A DNA stretch of 64,000 nt from an uncultured Gemmatimonadaceae bacterium. Lineage in GTDB: Bacteria; Gemmatimonadota; Gemmatimonadetes; Gemmatimonadales; Gemmatimonadaceae. The stretch is from the NCBI GenBank assembly GCA_963740355.1, contig CAVUDW010000003.1:672001-736000 (forward strand), in the 5' to 3' direction. A program made the translations under genes and the position numbers. Positions 10,115-22,320 of this stretch are shown piece by piece (position 1 is the stretch's first letter; each line of letters begins with the position of its first letter). The notes beneath the pieces were generated by a model. That model searched no databases and was not told the origin of the DNA. It was given only the letters and a program-made list of their open reading frames with translations.

Positions 10115-10892
10115 GATTCGGGATCTCGTGCCACTCCTCCAATTGAAGGACTACCTGTCGCCCGTTGAGCGCGTTGACTTTGCGTCGGGGTGGCTGCCAC
10201 GCTGGATTCGACTCCAGCATCATCTGCGCTACGAGTGGGCCGCTCGATTCGTGTGCGGCAAAGATGTCCTGGATATTGCGTGCGGCAGCGGTTACGGCAC
10301 GCGAATCCTCGCTGCTGCTGGTGCACGAACGGTACTCGGAGCTGATGTAGACGCGCCGTCAGTAGAGGCAGCATCTCGCCAATCAAATGCGGAAACGGTC
10401 AGCTTCCGCGTCGCGGACGCAACCGCTACGGGTCTGCCATCCGCGTCGTTAGACGTCATCACCAGCTTTGAGACAATTGAGCATGTGCGAGATGACATCG
10501 CTTACGTGAGAGAGATGCACCGGCTACTTCGGCCCGCTGGTGTGTTCCTCTGCTCAACGCCGAATCGCGTAGTGATGAATCCTACGCGGAGCATCCACGA
10601 CGGCTCCTTCAATCCTCACCACGTGCGGGAGTACGGGGCAGAGGAATTGCGACGCCTGCTGCGAGTGCAATTTGGGGAGGTCGAGATATTGGGCCAGGCG
10701 CCCTTTTCTCAGCGCTACGTGTATGGTCTGACTTTACTAGGTCGCGTTCATATGATGGCCGCGGTCCGCGCGCATCAGATTCGTAAGCTGATCACAAGTC
10801 CCTTGGTTGACACACGGGATCGGCACGCAGTGTCGGCGAGTTCATCGAGCGAGATGCTCCCGGAGATACTGGTGGCGCTATGCCGGCCGTGA
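10065..10892 (+). CDS. Class I SAM-dependent methyltransferase
   Basis: H.LRY, VLDIACGSGYG, SFETIEHV, STPN and NPHHVREY. Start uncertain. Confidence 0.88.
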   Translation: MTSTKVVHPIVRRPIHKIRDLVPLLQLKDYLSPVERVDFASGWLPRWIRLQHHLRYEWAARFVCGKDVLDIACGSGYGTRILAAAGARTVLGADVDAPSVEAASRQSNAETVSFRVADATATGLPSASLDVITSFETIEHVRDDIAYVREMHRLLRPAGVFLCSTPNRVVMNPTRSIHDGSFNPHHVREYGAEELRRLLRVQFGEVEILGQAPFSQRYVYGLTLLGRVHMMAAVRAHQIRKLITSPLVDTRDRHAVSASSSSEMLPEILVALCRP

Positions 10893-12031
10893 CGCAGTCG
10901 TATGGGCGCCCGAGACCGCTGCGCGTTGCGATCGTTCATCATTGGATCGTCGAGCGCGCGGGTGGGGAGAAAGTGATTGAGTCACTGCTCCGCCTCTACC
11001 CGAATGCCGACGTCTACACAAACATGTATCGCCCCCGCGAGCTGGACGGACCTCTCAGCGAGCGCGCGATCCGAACGACGCTTGTGAATCTTCTACCGTA
11101 CACGCCATCGCTGCTCCCCCTCTACGTGCCGCTCATGCCTGCGGCGTTGGCGCGCCTCGACCTCCGTGACTACGACCTAGTAATCAGCAACGAGTCTGGG
11201 CCATCGAAAGGAGTGCGTGTGGGTCCGCAGACCGTGCACGTATGCTACTGCCAGTCTCCCATGCGATACGTCTGGGATATGGAGGCTGAGTACCTTGCGG
11301 CAGCGTCGCCGCTGATTCGGCCAGCCATGCGTATTGCTGCATGGTACCTCCGAAAGTGGGATCGATCGAGCGCAAAGCGACTGGATCTGGTCATTGCGAA
11401 CTCGCGACATACTCAGGAACGAGTGCGCATCGCCTGGCAGCGGGACTCGATCATCGTCCACCCACCTGTTGAGGTGGATCGCTTCGCACCGGTCGACCCA
11501 AGGCGCGACCATTTTGTCTTCCTCGGACGCTTGGTCCCGTACAAGCGGGCGGATTTGGCGGTGAAGGCCGCGAACCATCTCGGCCGGCGCCTCGTGGTCA
11601 TCGGGGACGGCCCGGAGATGCCGCGCCTGAAGCGGCTTGCGGGAGGAACTATCGAGTTCCTCGGTCGCGCATCGCACGAGATTGTGAGCGAAGTGATGGG
11701 GAGCGCACGCGCGCTCCTTTTCCCGGGGGAAGAAGACTTCGGCATCGTACCAGTCGAGGCCATGGCGGCTGGAGTACCTGTAATCGCATTCGGTCGAGGC
11801 GGCGCGCTTGACACCGTCGTCGACGGTGTGACCGGCATACTGCACGATGAGCAGACGGTGGAGTCAATTGCGCAAGCCATCCGGCGCCTGGATGCGTCTC
11901 CCCATTCCTTCCCGGCCGAGGGGCTCCGTTTACATGCAAAGTCGTTTTCATTCGAGAACTGGGCCATCAACTTCCGAAAAGCAGTGGATGCCGCGTTGGA
12001 GAAGCGTGGTCTCGGCCCGAATTGCGCCTAA
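10880..12031 (+). CDS. Glycosyltransferase family 4
   Basis: GGEKV, GRLVPYKR and EDFGIVPVEAMAAG. Confidence 0.92.
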   Translation: MPAVTQSYGRPRPLRVAIVHHWIVERAGGEKVIESLLRLYPNADVYTNMYRPRELDGPLSERAIRTTLVNLLPYTPSLLPLYVPLMPAALARLDLRDYDLVISNESGPSKGVRVGPQTVHVCYCQSPMRYVWDMEAEYLAAASPLIRPAMRIAAWYLRKWDRSSAKRLDLVIANSRHTQERVRIAWQRDSIIVHPPVEVDRFAPVDPRRDHFVFLGRLVPYKRADLAVKAANHLGRRLVVIGDGPEMPRLKRLAGGTIEFLGRASHEIVSEVMGSARALLFPGEEDFGIVPVEAMAAGVPVIAFGRGGALDTVVDGVTGILHDEQTVESIAQAIRRLDASPHSFPAEGLRLHAKSFSFENWAINFRKAVDAALEKRGLGPNCA

Positions 12032-12329
12032 ACATCTGAGGTTGACTGTGGCAGCGAAAATTGGCGCACTTTGTCGCATCCGAAATTTTTAAGAATGCAT
12101 AGTCAGGTTAGGACGTCCTTCTCCCATGATTTGAAGCTGACCGCTGCGAAATTTCAAGACGCCGCCTTGTATTGAGGCTTGTCGCCTCTGCCGACTTTCG
12201 GCCAATCGCCTTTGGCCTCGTGACGACTCTTGCATCAACCGGGGCGGTCTGGCCGTCGCGGTGCCGCACGCTAGGCTGCATTCATTCTATTGTCCCGCTT
12301 TCCACCCGACCTCACGCAACTCAGCTACG

Positions 12330-13319
12330 ATGACGCCTGCCCACGACGCCCTCCCCCTCCCCACCCGCACCGACTGGTCGGGCGTGGCGGTCGTGGTCCC
12401 GTGCCTGAACGAAAGCGCGACCATCGAGCACGTGGTCCGCGAGTTCGCGTCCGCCCTTCCCGGCGCAACCATCGTCGTCTTCGACAACGCCAGCACCGAC
12501 GACACCGCCGCGGTCGCGCGTCGCGCGGGCGCTGTCGTGGTACTCGAGAAACGCCGCGGCAAGGGCAACGTCGTCGCCGCCATCCTCGATCGAGTGGACG
12601 CCGATTTCTACATCATGGTGGACGGTGACGGCACCTACCCCGCGGCCGCCGCCCCCGCGCTGCTGGCTCCCCTTCTTGCGGAGGGCGCGGACATGGTGGT
12701 CGCACAGCGCCTGGCCGGCTACGAAGCGGGATCCTTCCGACCGCTGCATGTCGGCGGCAACCGTCTGGTGGTCTGGCTGATCAACCGGATCTTCCGAGCA
12801 TCCCTCACCGACGTCATGTCCGGCTACCGCGCCTTCACGCGCGAGGTCGCCCTCGCCCTGCCGATCGTGGCATGGGGCTTCGACGTCGAGACGGAGATGA
12901 CGCTTCAGCTCCTGTACCGACGATTCATGATCGCCGAGATCCCCGTCCCGTACGGCGCGCGGCCGGAAGGCAGCCACTCCAAGCTGCGCACCATCCCCGA
13001 CGGTATCCGCGTGCTGGGCAAGATCCTCGGCGTGCTGAAAGCATACAAGCCGCTCACCTTCTTCGGTGGCATCGCCATTGCACTCTTCCTGGCCGGTGCC
13101 ATCGTTGGCTACTTCCCGATCCGCGAGTACGTCGAGACGCGATTCGTCGGCAGCGTCCCCAAGGCCATTCTGGCAGCCGGGCTGATGGTGCTGAGCGTGC
13201 TCGTGGCCTCGGTCGGAGTGCTGTTGCACACGCTGAACTTCCGTCTGCGCGAGGCGGAGTCACTGGCGATGCGCCGCCGCTCCGATTCGCGTGTGATCCG
13301 GGTTCGGGCTGAGCCATAG
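12330..13319 (+). CDS. GT2 polyprenol-phosphate glycosyltransferase with two C-terminal TM helices
   Basis: VPCLNE, DNASTD, GKG, DGDGTY and DVMSGYR. Confidence 0.9.
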   Translation: MTPAHDALPLPTRTDWSGVAVVVPCLNESATIEHVVREFASALPGATIVVFDNASTDDTAAVARRAGAVVVLEKRRGKGNVVAAILDRVDADFYIMVDGDGTYPAAAAPALLAPLLAEGADMVVAQRLAGYEAGSFRPLHVGGNRLVVWLINRIFRASLTDVMSGYRAFTREVALALPIVAWGFDVETEMTLQLLYRRFMIAEIPVPYGARPEGSHSKLRTIPDGIRVLGKILGVLKAYKPLTFFGGIAIALFLAGAIVGYFPIREYVETRFVGSVPKAILAAGLMVLSVLVASVGVLLHTLNFRLREAESLAMRRRSDSRVIRVRAEP

Positions 13320-13361
13320 CGAGCTGCCCTGCTTGGAACGGCGCAGAACGCTAACGGCATT

Positions 13362-13407
13362 CACGCAGAACTGAACAGCCGCGGAACTGTAACTGCGAAA
13401 CGCAGAG
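13362..13407. repeat. REP-like element, left arm (IS110 target)
   Basis: ACGCAGAACTGAACAGCCGCGGAACTGTA...AACGCAGAG, with inverted counterparts at 14714-14740 and 14777-14816. Confidence 0.7.
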
Positions 13408-13422
13408 TAGCTGTGTTGAAAG

Positions 13423-14816
<1,394 letters not shown>

Positions 14817-14859
14817 AAGCAGTTGCTCTTCTCCGTGCTCCTGCGTCCCGCCGCAGCGA

Positions 14860-15849
14860 TCAGTGATTGACCAGCACCAGCTTGCCGCGCACGTCACGGG
14901 CAGCCATGCGCGCAAAGGCGGCCTTGAGGTCCGACATCGGCAGCGTTGCATCGATGATCGGCTTGATCTTGCCCTGACCATACCATGTCATGAGCTCGAG
15001 CATCATGCCAGCCGCCGCACGCGGCTCGCGGCGAGCGTAGTCGCCCCAGAACACGCCGACGATCGACGCGCCCTTGAGCAGGGCGAGGTTGAGCGGCAGC
15101 GCGGGGATCGGCCCGGCGGCGAACCCGACGACCAGGTGCCGACCACGCCAGGCGATCGAACGGAACGCCGCCTCGGTCTGGTCGCCACCAACCGGATCGT
15201 AGATCACGTCAGGTCCCTTGCCGTCCGTGTGCGTCTTGATCGCGTCGCGCAGATTTTCCGTCGAGGTATCGATCGTCGCGTCGGCACCGATCCCCCGCGT
15301 CAGCGCACACTTTGCCGCACTGGAGGCGGCGGCGATCACGCGCGCACCAGCCGCCTTCGCGATCTGGATCGCCGCTGTGCCGACCCCACCGGCGGCGCCG
15401 AGCACCAGTACCGTCTCGCCTGACTTCAGCTGCGCACGATCGATCAACGCATGATGTGACGTGGCGTACGTCATGATGAAGGCGGCCGCGTCAGCCATCG
15501 GGAATCCGACCGGCAGCGGCACACACAACATCGCGTTCACGGACGCGTGCGTCGCGAAGGCCCCGATGTTCGAGAGGCAGGCCACATTCTGCCCGACCTT
15601 CAAGTGCTTCACACCCGCTCCGACCCCGATCACCGTGCCGGCGAACTCGGCGCCCGGGATGAACGGCAGCGGTGGCTTGAACTGGTACTTGCCCTGCACG
15701 ATCAGCAGGTCGGGGAAGTTCAGGCTGGCCGCGCGGATCTCGACCAGCACCTCCATCTCGCCCGGCACCGGTGTGGGCACGTCGACCCACTGCAGGTCGT
15801 CAACTCCGGTCGCAGTCTCGCAAAGCCAGGCGCGCATTTCGTGCTCCAC
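14860..15849 (-). CDS. NADPH:quinone oxidoreductase (MDR family)
   Basis: SLNFPD…G.YQ, PG.EFAG, GAAGGVG and YDPVGG. The start may be ATG 15837. Confidence 0.92.
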   Translation of the reverse strand: MEHEMRAWLCETATGVDDLQWVDVPTPVPGEMEVLVEIRAASLNFPDLLIVQGKYQFKPPLPFIPGAEFAGTVIGVGAGVKHLKVGQNVACLSNIGAFATHASVNAMLCVPLPVGFPMADAAAFIMTYATSHHALIDRAQLKSGETVLVLGAAGGVGTAAIQIAKAAGARVIAAASSAAKCALTRGIGADATIDTSTENLRDAIKTHTDGKGPDVIYDPVGGDQTEAAFRSIAWRGRHLVVGFAAGPIPALPLNLALLKGASIVGVFWGDYARREPRAAAGMMLELMTWYGQGKIKPIIDATLPMSDLKAAFARMAARDVRGKLVLVNH

Positions 15850-15877
15850 ACGTAAGGACGAACAGTGAGACGCTCAT

Positions 15878-17026
15878 TCAGTGCTGGCCTGAACCCGCAG
15901 TAAATCGTGCCAGCGAAAAGAGGGACGTGTCGAATCCTACTCGGCCGTCGGTCGCCATGTCGGCCAGGACTTCGCCGAGGGCGCTGGAGAACTTGAACCC
16001 GTGCCCCGAGCAGGGCGACGCGATGATCACCGCCGGACAGTCGGGGTGCACATCGATAAGGAAATGATCGTCAGGCAGGTTCGTGTACATGCAGACGCCA
16101 GTTTCGCGCAGCGCTCCCGCGGCATCCGGCATGTGTTCGCGCACCACGCCCGTGATGAACGCGATTTCGTCCGTGCCAACGGTGCGCCGCACCGTGTCCG
16201 GATCACTGACCTCACCGTAATGGTGCAGCGCCAGCTTCACACCATCGCCCGTGTCGGCGAACCCATAGAGGCAGAGCGTCGGCGTCAGCTCGTGAATGAA
16301 CACCGGAAATCGTTCGGGCGCGAAGTGTGATGGATTCTCAAGCGGTGCGAACCAGTACAGCACATTGCGCTGGACCGTGAACGGCAGCGCCAGCTCGCGA
16401 CACACCTTCCCGACCCACGCCCCCACTGTGAGGATCAACCGCGCGGCACGGTACGTCCCTTTTGTGGTCGTCACCTCGACCCCGTCGCCCGCGGCACGCC
16501 ACGACAGCATCGCTTCGTTGCTGTGAACCGTTGCCCCATGCTTGACGGCGAGATCTACGTAGGTCGCAATCGCCAACTCCGGCGCCAGCATGCCGGCACG
16601 CGGCTCCACCACCGCCACGTCCCCCTCACGAGGGCGGAAGGCTGGATAGCGGCGCCGAATCTCGTCGGCCGCGATGATCTCATGCGGCAGGCCATGCAGC
16701 TCGGCACTCAGGCGCGCACCTGACACCACCGCACTGTCGGGCGCGCCCAGCATCAAGCCGCCGGTCTGCCGGAACACTGTGACGCCACTCTCCGTCTCGA
16801 GATCGCGCCACAACTCGTACGCGCGCTGCACCAGCGGCACATACCGCGGATCTTCGAAGTACGCCTCACGGATGATGCGCGACTTGCCGTGGGACGAGCC
16901 GAGTGAGTGCGCAGGCGTGAACTGCTCGATGCCGAGGACATTCAGTCCGCGATGCGCCAGCTGATGGAGCGACGCGCTGCCCATCGCACCCAGTCCAACG
17001 ACGATGACATCAAAAGTGGTGGCCAT
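15878..17026 (-). CDS. solA: N-methyl-L-tryptophan oxidase / monomeric sarcosine oxidase
   Basis: VGLGAMGS, GSSHGKSRIIREAY, CMYT and CSGHGFKF. Confidence 0.88.
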   Translation of the reverse strand: MATTFDVIVVGLGAMGSASLHQLAHRGLNVLGIEQFTPAHSLGSSHGKSRIIREAYFEDPRYVPLVQRAYELWRDLETESGVTVFRQTGGLMLGAPDSAVVSGARLSAELHGLPHEIIAADEIRRRYPAFRPREGDVAVVEPRAGMLAPELAIATYVDLAVKHGATVHSNEAMLSWRAAGDGVEVTTTKGTYRAARLILTVGAWVGKVCRELALPFTVQRNVLYWFAPLENPSHFAPERFPVFIHELTPTLCLYGFADTGDGVKLALHHYGEVSDPDTVRRTVGTDEIAFITGVVREHMPDAAGALRETGVCMYTNLPDDHFLIDVHPDCPAVIIASPCSGHGFKFSSALGEVLADMATDGRVGFDTSLFSLARFTAGSGQH

Positions 17027-17150
17027 GGTCCGCCAACGATGCCGTCATACATCGGCCCCGTCAACGACCGCGGCGCAATCCGTTGGCGAACCTTCTTGGC
17101 GATGCTCGGGAGCAGCGTGTACGCACGCCTCGCGTGCATGCCACTGCAGG

Positions 17151-17825
17151 TTACGGCGTCGCGGTGGCGGTGATGGTGACAGGATCGATCGTCGACGCGC
17201 GCACCAGGGCGGTGTTGGTGCCGGCGATTGGTCCCATCGTCCACTTCACTGTCGCTTCACCGGAGGCGTTGGTGAGGATGCTCTGTGGCGCGATGGCGCC
17301 ACCACCCGAGGTGACCTGGAAGCTGACATTGATGCTGTCCATCGGCGTGTTGTTCGCGCCGAGCACGCGCACCACGACATTGTTGAGCAGCGCCACCGAC
17401 ACCCGTGCGCTCTGGTTGTTGCCCTGTGCAATCACGATGTCGCTGGGCAGCACGCCGGTGGCCGTCGCACGCACCGGCTCGAGGCCCGGAATGGTCGCCA
17501 GCAGTGCTTGTGCGGCTTCCGGCCCGAGGGTCCACTTCACACGTGCTTCGCCATTGTCATCCGTCTTGACGGATGCCGAGTCGACTGCGCCGCCACCCTG
17601 CACGATCACGAACGTGATGGCTGCACCGCCCACCCCCGTGCCGGCTGCGTCGGTGGCGCGAAAGACGAGGGGCGCTCGCAGCAGGCGGCTCGCCTGTCGC
17701 GTCTGCAGGTCGCCCGACACGATCGTCAGCTTATCGACCGCTTCCGGCGCGACGACCTTCTTGCAGGCGGTGAGGCTGAGCAGAACAAGGATGCCGATGG
17801 CCGGCGCAACGTGGGCTCGGAGCAT
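17151..17825 (-). CDS. Lipoprotein with two bacterial Ig-like (Big_1-like) domains
   Basis: Lipobox LTAC and two repeats of G..Q…F.V..GGG…T...GEA.VKWT.GP. Confidence 0.75.
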   Translation of the reverse strand: MLRAHVAPAIGILVLLSLTACKKVVAPEAVDKLTIVSGDLQTRQASRLLRAPLVFRATDAAGTGVGGAAITFVIVQGGGAVDSASVKTDDNGEARVKWTLGPEAAQALLATIPGLEPVRATATGVLPSDIVIAQGNNQSARVSVALLNNVVVRVLGANNTPMDSINVSFQVTSGGGAIAPQSILTNASGEATVKWTMGPIAGTNTALVRASTIDPVTITATATP

Positions 17826-18032
17826 CACTCGAAACGGAGCGCGCAGTGATGAACGAATCGAGGCTCGAGCCGCGGCAATGGTTGAGGCAGTCACGTCAGA
17901 TACGGTCGCTTCGGGAAACAGGAGGTTCCTCCCCTATTCTCGGAAGCGGCGACCGAAAACTGTGGCTGTTTCGCGCCCCTGCCTCAACCAAGGCTCACGA
18001 CCATCCGGTGGCTGGGTTCGCCAGCGATTGGC

Positions 18033-18761
18033 TCAGGCGCTCGCCAGTTTCCAGAGTAGCGCCGCCAATGACGCGCCGGCGATCGGCCCGAGGACCGGCA
18101 CCCAGCTGTAGCTCCAGTCGCTGTGACCCTTGTTCGCGATCGGGAGAAGAGCGTGGGCGATACGCGGCCCGAGGTCGCGAGCGGGATTGATGGCATAGCC
18201 GGTGGGACCACCAAGGCTGAGCCCGATGCCCCAGACGAGCGCGGCCACGAGGGCCGGACCGAGGTTCGTGGCCGGCGAGCCCCCCGCCACGCCCTTGCTG
18301 CCGATCGCATTCGCCACCAGCACCAACACGGCCGTACCGATGACTTCGCTTGCCACGTTGGCGGCTGGTTTGCGGATCGCTGGTGCCGTGCAGAAACAGG
18401 CGCGAATCGCGTCAGCGTCGCGGGTGGCAGCCCAGTGCGACGAGTAGTGCACCCACACCAGCGTCGCCCCCACCATTGCGCCCGCCAACTGGGCACCGAT
18501 GTGGAAGATCGCATCACTCATGGTGCGCGAGCCGAGCAGGACATTCGCAATCGTCCCGGCCGGATTCAGCTCGCCAGGTGCCCCCAATCCCACCGCGACC
18601 AGCACGCCAGCCAACACCGCGAAGGCCCAGCCGGCCGTGATCACCACCCACCCCGCATCCTTCGCCTTCGACTCGTTCAGCAGCACACCAGCGACGACTC
18701 CATTACCGAGCAGAATCAGGACGGCGGTACCGAGGAACTCACCAAGAGCGGTCGATGGCAT
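18033..18761 (-). CDS. glpF: MIP family aquaglyceroporin
   Basis: GEFLGT, LNPA and TGYAINPARDLGPR. Confidence 0.9.
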   Translation of the reverse strand: MPSTALGEFLGTAVLILLGNGVVAGVLLNESKAKDAGWVVITAGWAFAVLAGVLVAVGLGAPGELNPAGTIANVLLGSRTMSDAIFHIGAQLAGAMVGATLVWVHYSSHWAATRDADAIRACFCTAPAIRKPAANVASEVIGTAVLVLVANAIGSKGVAGGSPATNLGPALVAALVWGIGLSLGGPTGYAINPARDLGPRIAHALLPIANKGHSDWSYSWVPVLGPIAGASLAALLWKLASA

Positions 18762-18980
18762 GGGACACGCGGAAGAAGGTGACGGAACGGTTGGAGCGCA
18801 CGACGATACCAGGAGATTCCAATCCCAACGGTCGCGGCGCGCGCGAAACCTATGTCCATGCGCACTGAACCGTCGCGGGCCACTCTGTTGCCCCGCGCGT
18901 CTGGCAGCGGCATCTTCCACGCTCCATAGGGTACCGGAACAGGCGACGCCGCACGTCCCGCGGGCATGAGCTGAGGCTCA

Positions 18981-21167
18981 TTGCCGCGTCGCAACGGAAG
19001 TGAGACTTCCGGTTCGGTCGCATTCCACACCAATCCGTTGCGTCTCTTCGCCGCACTTCGCCGTGTCAGCCCCGCCGTCCTCCTCGCCATCGTCATTGGC
19101 GCAGGTGCCGTAGCGCTCAACGTCCTCCTCGCTCGCCAACTGGTCGAGATCGAGCAGGACGCGCACTCGATCGCGGAAAGCTGGATCGAACGCTCGGCGA
19201 CCCTGGCGAACTTCGAGGATGGGGTGCGCGAGTTCCGGCGGCACGAAGCGCTCTTCGCGCTCAGCCCGGACGGCCCCGAGCATCGCTCGCACACGGTGAT
19301 GCTCGATTCGTTGCGCGCCAGCAACGATCGGACGTTGGCTGCGTTGATCCGGCTCGATGGCGGTGCCGCCGATTCCACCGGCACGGAGTCACTCCGCCGC
19401 GAATGGTCGCGGTATCGCACGTTGCACTTCGCCGATCGCGCGCTGCCGAGTGGCAATGACAGCCCGTCGCTGAAGCGGTTTCGCGACCGTGAGCCACTGT
19501 TCCAGCAGATGATTGCACAGGCACGCGGCGCGCAAGTGGCGATGCGTGCAGGCGCGCGCGGTGTGGCCATGCGCAGCGAGCGCACCACGCAGGCGTCGCA
19601 GGGCCTGTTGATCGCGCGAACGCTGATGGTGCTGGCCGTGATCGTCCTCGTCGAACTGCTGCGCCGCAGCTGGAAGGAGCGATCCGAGGCAGAACAGCGC
19701 TGGCGTGACGTCGCCGATCAATCGGTGGGCGTGGTGTGGGAAGTCGGGCCGAACGGCCGCATCCGATTCTGCTCACGCTCGGGCTTCGAGGTGCTTGGCC
19801 GCGAGGCGAACGTCGTCGATGGTCGGCACGCGCTTCGGTTCATTCACGCCAACGATCGCCGTTGCATCCTCAGCAAGCTGAAAGCTGCCGCGCCGACCAA
19901 CGCACCGATCCGCGACCTCGAAGTCCGGGTGGTTCGTTCCGATGGCACTCTTCGATGGCTTGCCGTCAGTGCGCAGCCACTGCGCACGCGGGATGGTCGG
20001 CACGATGGGTTCCGTGGGCTGGCCGTCGACATCACGCGTCGCACGCAAGCCGAGCAGGCGCTCGCGCAAAGCCGCCGCATCGAGGCCGTCGGCACCCTGG
20101 CTGGTGGTGTCGCACACGACCTGAACAACGTGCTGGCTGCCGTCACCGGCTATGCACAATTGGCGCAGGCCGAGTTGCCGGCGACACATCCCGCGCAACA
20201 GGACATGGCTGCGATCACTGCGGCCGCCGAACGCGGAGCCGGGCTGGTGCGACGCGTGCTGCAGTTCGCGCGGCAGCGCCCAACCCAGCGGCAGCCCGTC
20301 GAGATCGCGGAACTGGTGCACGAAGTGACGCAGCTGCTGCGCCCGCAACTGCCGCCAACGGTGCGCATTCGTCTCGACCTGCCGGATGCGGAGAGCCTCG
20401 TCCTCGCCGACCCGACGGAGCTGCATCAGGTGGTGGTGAACATCGCAGCCAATGCGATCAACGCCATGCGGGACAGCGGCACGACGCTGGGATTCACGGT
20501 CGCGGCCACCGAACATGACGTGGTATTGACGATCGTGGACGACGGCGCTGGCATGTCGGCCGACGTGCTCGATCGCGCCATCGAGCCGTTCTATACCACG
20601 CGTGACGTTGGCGAAGGCACAGGGATGGGCCTGGCGGTAGCCCACGGCGTCGTCACCTCACTCGGCGGCACCTTGCACATCGCCTCGACCCTCGGCAAGG
20701 GCACGACGGTGACGGTGACACTGCCGCGCGCGGTGAGTCGGACGCAGCCGGCGACGGAGCCCGCGCAGTCGGCACCGAACGAGCGGGTGTCGCTGCGAGT
20801 GATCGTCGTCGATGACGATCCACAGGTCCGCAATGCGATCGTGCGGGTGCTCGAGCGCGCAGGCCACGCGGTGGATGCCTTTGCCGCGGCGCCGGCGGCG
20901 CTGGACGCGGTGCGCGTGGCGCCATCGCGGGCCGACGTGGTGCTCACCGACCTGACCATGCCGGGAATGAATGGCCTCGAGTTCACCGCCCTGCTGCAGG
21001 CCATCCATGGCGCACCACCGGTGGTGATGAGCAGTGGCTACCTCGACCTGGTGACCAGCGAGCAGGCCCGCGCACTCGGGATCGTGACGCTCCTCGACAA
21101 GCCGGTGGATTCGGGCACCTTGCTGAAGGCGCTTCATGACGCGGCGAGAGTGGTACGGGTGGCCTGA
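18981..21167 (+). CDS. Hybrid sensor histidine kinase (periplasmic helical sensor, PAS, HisKA, HATPase, REC)
   Basis: Two TM helices, GGVAHDLNN, YTTR..GEGTGMGL, VDDD, DLTMPGMNG and KP. Confidence 0.93.
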   Translation: MPRRNGSETSGSVAFHTNPLRLFAALRRVSPAVLLAIVIGAGAVALNVLLARQLVEIEQDAHSIAESWIERSATLANFEDGVREFRRHEALFALSPDGPEHRSHTVMLDSLRASNDRTLAALIRLDGGAADSTGTESLRREWSRYRTLHFADRALPSGNDSPSLKRFRDREPLFQQMIAQARGAQVAMRAGARGVAMRSERTTQASQGLLIARTLMVLAVIVLVELLRRSWKERSEAEQRWRDVADQSVGVVWEVGPNGRIRFCSRSGFEVLGREANVVDGRHALRFIHANDRRCILSKLKAAAPTNAPIRDLEVRVVRSDGTLRWLAVSAQPLRTRDGRHDGFRGLAVDITRRTQAEQALAQSRRIEAVGTLAGGVAHDLNNVLAAVTGYAQLAQAELPATHPAQQDMAAITAAAERGAGLVRRVLQFARQRPTQRQPVEIAELVHEVTQLLRPQLPPTVRIRLDLPDAESLVLADPTELHQVVVNIAANAINAMRDSGTTLGFTVAATEHDVVLTIVDDGAGMSADVLDRAIEPFYTTRDVGEGTGMGLAVAHGVVTSLGGTLHIASTLGKGTTVTVTLPRAVSRTQPATEPAQSAPNERVSLRVIVVDDDPQVRNAIVRVLERAGHAVDAFAAAPAALDAVRVAPSRADVVLTDLTMPGMNGLEFTALLQAIHGAPPVVMSSGYLDLVTSEQARALGIVTLLDKPVDSGTLLKALHDAARVVRVA

Positions 21168-21196
21168 TGGCTACGTGCCAAACGGGGTGCGCGCGT

Positions 21197-22320
21197 CTAC
21201 TTGATCGCGCTGACGCGGCGTCGATGATCTGCGCTTGATGCAATTCAACACCCGGCCATAACGGAAGTCGAACAAGCCGATCGCTGACGTCTTGTGACAC
21301 TGGCAGCGTGTCGTGCGCACGCCCGTAGCGCATTCCCGCTGGCGAACTGTGCAGCGGCACGTAGTGAAAGACCGCAGCCACACCAGACAGCCGCAAGCTT
21401 TCGATGAACCGCGTCCGCTGTGCCAAGTCAGGAAGGAGCAGGTAGTACATGTGAGCGTTGTGCCCGCACCACGCTGGCACGAACGGGCGCACAGCTCGCT
21501 CGGCTTCCTCCAGCCCAGCAAAGGCCTCGTGGTATCGCTGCCACGCATCGCGGCGTTGCTGATTAATAGTGTCAACTGCCTCAAGCTGCGCGCAGAGGAA
21601 GGCAGCGAGCATTTCACTGGGAAGAAACGACGACCCGATGTCCACCCACGTGTACTTGTCCACCTGTCCGCGAAAAAAGGCGCCGCGATTCGTCCCTTTT
21701 TCCCACAGAATTTCTGCCCTGTCAGCGAAGGTCCCGTCGTTCACGAGAAGTGCACCGCCCTCCCCAGAGATGATGTTCTTTGTCTCATGGAAGCTTAGCG
21801 CAGCGAGGTGGCCGAGTGATCCAAGCGCTCGACCTCGATATGTCGATCCAATTGCCTGGGCCGCGTCCTCAATGACCGTCAAGTCGTGTTCGGCGGCCAC
21901 GGCAGAAATGACATCCATGTCGCACGCCACGCCAGCGTAGTGCACAGGCACGATGGCGCGGGTACGCGGCGTAATTGCGTCTGCAATCTGTCTTTCATCG
22001 AGATTGAACGTATCCGCTCGGACGTCGACGAACACCGGAGTCGCGCCACGAAGCACGAAGGCATTTGCCGTCGAGACAAACGTGAACGACGGCATGATGA
22101 CTTCATCCCCTGCGCCGATGTTCGCCAGCATTGCGCTCATTTCGAGCGCTGCAGTGCAGGAATGCGTCAGCAGGGCTTTACCTGAGCCTGTCAGGTCTTC
22201 CAATAATTGATGGCACCGCTTCGTGAACTCGCCATTGCCGGAAAGATGACCGGCTTCCAGCGCACGGCGGATATACGCAAATTCAGGACCCACCAGCGCA
22301 GGCTTGTTGAACGGAATCAC
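21197..22320 (-). CDS. wecE: dTDP-4-amino-4,6-dideoxygalactose transaminase, with an apparent 1-bp deletion near the C-terminus
   Basis: MIPFNKP, THSCTAALEM, SFHETKN and GQVDKYTWVD.GSS. Adding one G near 21215 gives ..IIDAAVSAIK* ending at 21197. The computed ORF runs on to 20983. Confidence 0.9.

Noticed and set aside
12032..12260. AT-richer intergenic stretch with a sigma-54-like TTGGCGC…GC
   Set aside because: The GG-to-GC spacing is off by one, so no promoter is called.
20983..21196. WecE C-terminal tail overlapping the histidine kinase antisense
   Set aside because: Explained by a 1-bp deletion near 21215. The tail is non-homologous read-through.
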